Notes under the pieces: model-generated
Told to the model about the DNA's origin: nothing
Database searches by the model: none
What the model saw: the letters and a program-made list of their open reading frames with translations, nothing else
In this document: positions 57,169 to 64,000 of the stretch, piece by piece
How positions within the stretch are numbered: position 1 is the stretch's first letter
How the letters are laid out: every line of letters starts with the position of its first letter
Program-made: the position numbers and the translations under genes
Assembly: GCA_951406725.2 (NCBI GenBank)
Contig: OX597814.1
Span: 65,658,001 to 65,722,000, forward strand
From: Octopus vulgaris
Lineage: Eukaryota
Reading direction: 5' to 3'
DNA: 64,000 nt

Positions 57169-57193
57169 CTTTATTTAAAAGCAGCAGAAATTC

Positions 57194-57246
57194 AACAAAA
57201 CCTGTTACTCGGAGTTTCAGGTTCCCGTTCGTCGGACAGTTTTGTT
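57194..57246 (-). ncRNA. Hammerhead-like ribozyme (U4C variant), left arm of palindrome
   Basis: Minus strand: AACAAAACUGU CCGACGA acGGgaaCCu GAAA CUC c GAG UA / ACAGgUUUUGUU. 11-bp helix I with one bulge. Confidence 0.65.
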
Positions 57247-57253
57247 CGGACAG

Positions 57254-57306
57254 AACAAAACTGTCCGACGAACGGAAACATGAAACTCCGAGTAACAGGT
57301 TTTGTT
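57254..57306 (+). ncRNA. Hammerhead-like ribozyme (U4C variant), right arm of palindrome
   Basis: aacaaaactgt CCGACGA acggaaacat GAAA ctc c gag TA acaggttttgtt. Confidence 0.6.
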
Positions 57307-57402
57307 GAATTTCTGCTGCTTTTAAATAAATCATATTACTCTACCACTGGTATTTGAGTACTCTTCTTTCCACCTTGTTTCACATTTATGTGTTTACTCC
57401 GG

Positions 57403-57436
<34 letters not shown>

Positions 57437-57829
57437 AACAGCTATGTATGCATATTCATTCACATATAGTGCAAATGTGAATACCTATATTTTATTTCAG
57501 TTATTCATTTGTTTACTTAGCCCAATTTCATTAAGTGTGTCAAATTATATTACGTCAGGATGTAAGCTTAATCGCCTGATACGCTTGCTACAGAGCTTGT
57601 CAGCTGAATTGTAACCAAACTCAAGCAAGCTCTCTGTATACTTCTACCAAAAGTAATTCAGTCATTGAGGAAGTGGTAGGATAAATAATAAACAAACAAA
57701 CCACCACAACAACAAACAAAAGATAAAATAGCGTGCTCTTCAGAGAAGAAACACTTTTTATCTTTTTGGGTAAACCAGTGCATGAGATAAGATTGCTCAG
57801 AAAGCCTTTTCAGTTATTGAAAGTGTCTA

Positions 57830-58200
57830 TTCCACCACCGCCTCCTCGTTTTCATTCTCCTTCTCCTTCCCTTTTTTCTCTTTCTTCTTTATTTTTGTTA
57901 TTGTTGCTGTTGGTCTTCTTCTTCTTCTTCTTCTTCTTCTTCTTCTTCTTCTTCTTCTTCTTCTTCTTCTTCTTCTTCTTCGTCTTGTTCTCTCCTTCCT
58001 TCACTTTTCCTTCTCCGTCTTCTCCTCGTCGTCTTCGTCGTAGCCATCGTCGCCATCTTTCTCTTCCTCTTCTTCATTCTTCTTCTCCTGCTTTTCCTCT
58101 TTTCTTCTCCTTCTCCTCCTCCAGCTCCTCCTCCTCCTTCTTCTTTGTCTTCGTTGTCGTCTATGTCTCCTTTTGTTCTTTTAGAAGCTCCTTTTTTGCC
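57830..58200. repeat. (TTC)n and degenerate polypyrimidine tract
   Basis: Direct reading. Confidence 0.9.
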
Positions 58201-58282
58201 TTTTCGTATCAAACTATCAAAGCCCACCCTAATCGTCTTGCGCTCTGACAGCACATACGTACATTGGCGCACACATGCAAGC

Positions 58283-58333
<51 letters not shown>

Positions 58334-59314
58334 TGTACGCATGCCACTATATTTTATATATAAAAAATACAAAAATGGGACACGAACGCAAAACATCCAG
58401 ACAGGTTAAACAAAAAAGGAACAACAAAATATCCAGAAAGACGATACAAGGAAAAGAAGGACAGATCATTCGGAGTTTTCTATCCTCAGTCGAGTTCTAG
58501 ATTATCTTTGCAATTTCAGCTGGTTATACTCGAGATTGCTCCAATCTGGCCAGCCTCAAGGGAAAAATAAGCTAAGAGCATTACATTCCTTGGAAGAAAG
58601 CAGCGAATGTATATGAAAACAAGGACGGAAAAACACAGAGAAATGTTACACAAATACAAATAACAGGACATAACAACAGCTGTCTTTCGACTAAGAACGA
58701 ATCAAATTAAGCTGGCGTGTGTGGAAGTAAAGCCTTACAGCAGGGACATAAACTCTGAATGATCCGTCCTTGTTTTCCTTCTATCGTCTGTATTATTTTA
58801 TATATATATCAAAGCATTTAATATAATATAAATTTACATATATTAATATATGAATAACTATGAACAGCTATGACTGTGTTTATGGGATAAGTGGTTTCAT
58901 AATAATGTGAAAAGTAGCTAAGCGAAAAAAATCCACTCTGTAACAATTCAGTTGAGTCAATATTACATATTCAAATGCGAGTATGCAATTTAAAGCTACT
59001 CGGTTTTAATCTGCAATAGCTATGTAATCTATGTATGTATGCATGTATGCATGTAAATATGTATGTAAGTATATATGTATGTATGAGTGTATGTATGTGT
59101 GTGTATGTATTTATGTATGTATGTATGAATGTATGTATGCATTTGTGAATGAATGTATGTATTCATTTATATTTCGTGCCAAAAGAGAGAGCCGGTTTCT
59201 AACCAATATCATTGTAATTTCAAGAAGAGCATGCACGTGCGCGTGCGCTCACACACAGACAGACAGAGGCGCATATATATATATATATATGTATATGTAT
59301 ACATACATATATAT

Positions 59315-59398
<84 letters not shown>

Positions 59399-59448
59399 TT
59401 GTGTGTGTGCGTGTGTGTGTGTGTGTGTGTGTGCGTGTGTGTATGTGT

Positions 59449-59745
59449 GGAGGCGCAATGGCCCAGTGGTTAGGGCAGCGGACTCGCGGTTTCGATTCCC
59501 AGACCGGGCGTTGTGAGTGTTTTTTGAGCGAAAACACCTAAAGTTTCACGAGACTCCGGCAGTGGGTGGTGGCGATCCCTGCTGTACTCTTTCGCCACAT
59601 CTTTCTCGCACTCTTTCTTCTGTTGGCCTACTCACTTAGCCAGCGGGGTGGCGTCATTTGAAGGCTAAAACAATGCGAAGCGCATTGTGAGCAGCGATGT
59701 GTAGCAACATCTGATAGTCTGGTCGGTCTCGGTGATCACGGTGAT
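59449..59745 (+). mobile_element. tRNA-derived SINE family C
   Basis: A box TGGCCCAGTGG and B box GGTTTCGATTCCC. Confidence 0.7.
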
Positions 59746-59873
59746 ATACGTAAATATTGGTCGGCCCGAGCCTCTAGTAGAAAACACTCGTCCAAGGTTA
59801 CGTGCTGTGGGATTGAATGCACGACCATGTGGTAGGGAGGCAAACTTCTTATTAGACACCCACGCTTGTGCCT

Positions 59874-59905
<32 letters not shown>

Positions 59906-60889
59906 TTATAATTTCATACACAAACATATTTGTGTATACAGATAAAAATGAAAATGTGTAATAGAATACGTATTTGATACCAAAATTATGTACAAGTTGC
60001 ACCCCAGTTTCAACAGAATATATTCGGCATCAAGGGTAAAAATTAGCGAAGGAGAGGTCCAACTTCGCAAATAGGACCGGATTGCCACGCATAATCCTCT
60101 ACTGTGAAATTAGCACCGTCAACATATCATGCAGCTTCCCCATGCAGTCTATGAGGAACACCAGTATCGACCCTAAATCTAGAGATCCGCAAGCAGAAGA
60201 CACAGCAAAGTGAGACTCATCAGGATCATCATAAGTTACTTTGAAGAACGTCGTCGAAGAAATGAAGCGGCTAAACGGTTATGACGAAAGGTTTGCCAAC
60301 TCCAGTCAAGGCTGGTCGAGTAAAAACCGGTCTTCCCAGCCATCGGAGACACTGATATAAATGAGGAACAACATACGGAGGAAGAAATTCACGAAATGCA
60401 GAGTCACCGCTGACAACGACAATAAGCATGTCTTGTTTGTTTTCTTTCTTTTTTTTTTTATATTTTATCTTATATTTGGAGCTGAATATTTGAATGGAAG
60501 TGTTTTTTTCCCGCTATCTACGAATATGTATGTTTGAAAATAAGTGGTTGTGTATGTAGATTTCATAAAATGTTCTTAGCAATAGCTGAATAAAACACAC
60601 AGTTGTTTTCTCTTCTAACAAAAATATGAAGGAGACACTGCAGAAGGGAAACCCTACTGTATAACTATAAAATATTCAGCGTCCTCGATTCACGGCTAAT
60701 AGATCATCATCATTAATGTATTTAGTGCAGGCAAATTTTTTTGCTGACATGAAAAGGCTATTTAATATGTAGATAAACAAAACTTCAGTGAGACAACTAA
60801 AACGGGAAAATGCTTTGTATCTGTATGTATATATACATACATACTGAGACTGATACTTAAGTCGAAATTAAATATGTGTGTGTGGGGGT

Positions 60890-60940
<51 letters not shown>

Positions 60941-61385
60941 TAGATACGCATATATATGTATATACATATATGTATGTATATATGCATAGGTGCATGTATA
61001 TCCATAAATATATATCGAGAGAGGGAGAGAGAGTGTTGGGGAGAGAGAGACGGAGAGAGAGAGAGAGAGAGAGAGTTGGAGAGAGCGAGACAGAGAGAGG
61101 GCGGGGTGGGAAATAGAGGTTCAGGGCAGCGAGAATTAATCGTAAATTTTTGTGGCTGCAAATTATTTTACAGAATCATTTTAAAGACATGAAATTATGA
61201 AAATTTTGGGAAAACAGGGAAGGTATAGATTTAATTATAAACATAAATTTTCCAGTCACATTTTCTGCAAAATCATTTTAAAATGTACTTTATGTACTTT
61301 ACGTACTTATGTGCTTTAATACAGAATATGTAAGGTTCTGGCAAACTATACTATGCAGTTTTCAAACCCAAAGTGAATTGGTTTT

Positions 61386-61775
61386 ATTCTTTTACTTGTT
61401 TCAGTAATTTTACTGCAGCCATGCTGGAGCACCGCCTTTGGTCGAACAAATCGACCCCAGGACTTATTCTTTGTAAGCCTAGTACTTATTCTATCGGTTC
61501 TTTTGCTGAACCGCTAAGTTACGAGGATGTAAACACACCAACATAGGTTTTCAAGCGCTGGTGGAGGGACAAATACAGACGCACAAACATATATATATAT
61601 ATATATATATATAAACGACCGGCTTCGTACAGTTTTCGTCTACCAAATCCACTCACAAGTTTTTGATCGGATCGAGGCTATAGTAGAAGACACTTACCCA
61701 AGGTGCCACGCAGTGGAACTGAACCCGGTACCATTTGGGTGAGAAGCAAGCTTCTTTCCATCCAGCCACGCCTGT
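61386..61775 (-). mobile_element. SINE family A
   Basis: Full-length match. Confidence 0.85.
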
Positions 61776-62101
61776 TTATCATATTGCAGTAATACATAGT
61801 TTATTGCAACTATTATGCACTGTTTACTTTGGAAATCTTATCTTATGATTTCAAATTTTAAATGGGCACTGAACAGAAATATCCAAGACGGTGATAATGG
61901 TCTAACATCAATTATATAAATTGGATACATAACTTCTTCAGTTGGGAGAGTGACAGAGTGGAGCAAATCCATTCCATCTTCTCTTCCTCTTGAATCTTGC
62001 AGTTGCCAAGTTGAATTTATCTACATTCTTGTAGAGATGTCACAGAGTTAATATTAAACAAAAGCAGAAAAGAAGCTTTCACCCTGGACCATGTACTCTT
62101 C

Positions 62102-62501
62102 TACTCTTTTACATGTTTCAGTCATTTGGCTGTGGCCATGCTGGAGCACCGCATTTAGTCGAGCAAATCGACCCCAGGACTTATTCTTTGTAAGCCTAGT
62201 ACTTATTCTATCGATCTCTTTTGCCGAACCGCTAAGTTACGGGGACGTAAACACACCAGCATCGGTTGTCAAACGATGTACACTCACTCACACATACACA
62301 CACACACATATATATATATATATGTATATATATGCATATATACGACGGACTTCTTTCAGTTTCCGTCTACCAAATCCACTCACAAGGCTTTCGTCGGCCC
62401 GAGGCTATAGTAGAAGACACTTGCCCAAGGTTCCACGCAGTGGGACTGATCCCGGAACCATGTGGTTGGTAAGCAAGCTACTTACCACACAGCCACTCCT
62501 G
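62102..62501 (-). mobile_element. SINE family A
   Basis: Full-length match. Confidence 0.85.
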
Positions 62502-62949
62502 TGCCAACATAATGGTTATAGTCTCTCTTCAAAGTTATCTATATGGAAGTATGTCAAGGAAAAGTATTTATATTTGGTCGAATATCATGCACAGTGTTTA
62601 ATAACAACTTACAAATGGACCAAACTGTAATGTTAATGTCCATTCTATCAAGTGAATGTTAAATGGCTGAATTCCAACAACTAATATAAAACATTTTCAT
62701 TTAAATAAAATAATCAAATATTTTATATCCTTAGATGGACATCAAATTTCACCTTACAAGTTACACGTCTATTGCAAATGACACTAAATTTCGTTAAAGT
62801 ATAATTCCACAACAAAAATGCCGCTATATTGGAATCCAATCTTCCTATAATTGTCTATCGAACCGAGCGAGACAAGATCCAGTTGAAGAGCATATTCTAT
62901 CCTTCCTCTATTGGAAAAATGTCAAAGTTAAAACCTTTATAATCCATTT

Positions 62950-63400
62950 CAATTTGGATGATTTATTCGAAAGTAAAATGTGTTTATTTTCAAAGAATTT
63001 AACTCACATATGGCTCATTGAACCATCCAATAAGTGTCATTGCTGAGTACAGCTTAATGTCATAAGAATGCACCTCAAGAATCTTTTCAACATTGCAATA
63101 TATTTCAGTTGCATCTTGAGATAAGTATTTAGAACCTAGCTGCCTCAAACAGTATTTGATATGGAGGACATTAATAGCATCACACTTAAATCAAAGAATA
63201 TAAAAATTACATTTAGCCACTTAAACTTCGTATTGCACCGAAACTTACTGAATACTGCCTCTTTTGGCTTTCTAACTAAAATACTCTGCATTGTATTCAT
63301 ATCAGTTGAATCATCTACTAATAGCATTTCAATTAACCTAGCTTAGTAAATCTCACAATATCACTCTTCACTGGGCATGGTAAATAAACCATTGCCTTAC
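62950..63400 (-). mobile_element. Possible hAT transposase relic
   Basis: LLVDDSTD (DESTD-like) followed by a DATEIY...DG segment. Confidence 0.4.
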
Positions 63401-63624
63401 GTAAATATTTGTGCTAGATTATAAACACAAACACACAAATGTAATCAGTATATATTTTTAAAATCTACTTATATAAATCTCGCCCAACCATAATACCAGA
63501 AGCCTGTTATCACACTTATAGCAACATTATCATGTTTATTGCAATATTATACTGGACTCAATATATGACTGGTAATTATTTTTATTGACCTTTAAGTGTT
63601 GAAAGGCTGGATTTAAAAATCACC

Positions 63625-63669
<45 letters not shown>

Positions 63670-63673
<4 letters not shown>

Positions 63674-64000
63674 GGCCAAAATAATAATAGCGCTAACAAT
63701 AATGAAAGGACAATTGGCACCAGCGATTTTATTTAAGCGGAGAAGATCGGAAAGTTTTAGATGAGTTGCAGGAAACAATAAGTAAAGAAGAAAAAGATTG
63801 CCAGCATTAAAAGGTACCAACAGAAAGAAGCTGCTAGATATGATTAGGAAAGTAGATCCTGTTCTCAGTAAGTCAGATACTAAAAATATAGGAGACACTA
63901 ACTTCTTGATTTATACAGGAGAGGTAGTAGTTAATAGAAGATTAGATATTCCACAAGAAAAGACTAGAAAATATCAAATGTGGAAAAGGAGATTAAGAAA
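63670..64000 (+). mobile_element. R4-like LINE N-terminal fragment after (TAA)n
   Basis: KRLPALKG...DPVLS...T..LIY resembles the segments at 30000-30300 and 35100-35400. Confidence 0.4.

Larger units (their letters stand above)
57170..57330. repeat. Palindrome, 78-bp arms, 5-nt spacer
   Basis: 57170-57247 versus 57253-57330; two mismatches, both in HHR domain II. Confidence 0.95.

Noticed and set aside
57898-58347. Acidic/basic 149-aa ORF with poly-E
   Set aside because: Product of (GAA)n and (TA)n repeats; no domain or splice evidence
60275-60340. ATGACGA...AAAAACCGGTC motif with ACCGGT palindrome
   Set aside because: Both core halves are mutated and helix I is absent

Overview
AT-rich, microsatellite-dense animal genomic DNA; the tRNA-derived SINEs with internal microsatellites and the repeat landscape suggest an octopus (inferred, not verified). 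The only host coding sequence is two minus-strand exons of a LIM-homeobox gene of the Lhx2/Lhx9/apterous class: LIM1 exon 36817-37058 and LIM2 exon 1722-2137, joined in frame across a 34.7-kb GT-AG intron. The homeodomain exons lie outside the window. The rest is SINEs, decayed LINEs (R4/Dong-like and CR1/L2-like), mariner/hAT relics and several Penelope-like elements (PLEs). The main hidden signal is 13 type-I hammerhead ribozyme (HHR)-like folds read by eye, 10 of them within 52.3-57.3 kb. They are PLE-associated and mostly embedded in (TA)n tracts. They include (i) a 547-nt HHR-to-HHR unit with a perfect 70-bp direct repeat and a 124-codon PLE-derived mini-ORF whose stop codon is the UGA of the ribozyme core (retrozyme/circRNA-like), (ii) three palindromes carrying an HHR on each strand, (iii) a recurrent U3-A8 covariant core, and (iv) HHRs in sense orientation inside the Lhx2/9 intron. 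All folds are manual. No activity or database search has been tested. Mobile-element boundaries are approximate.
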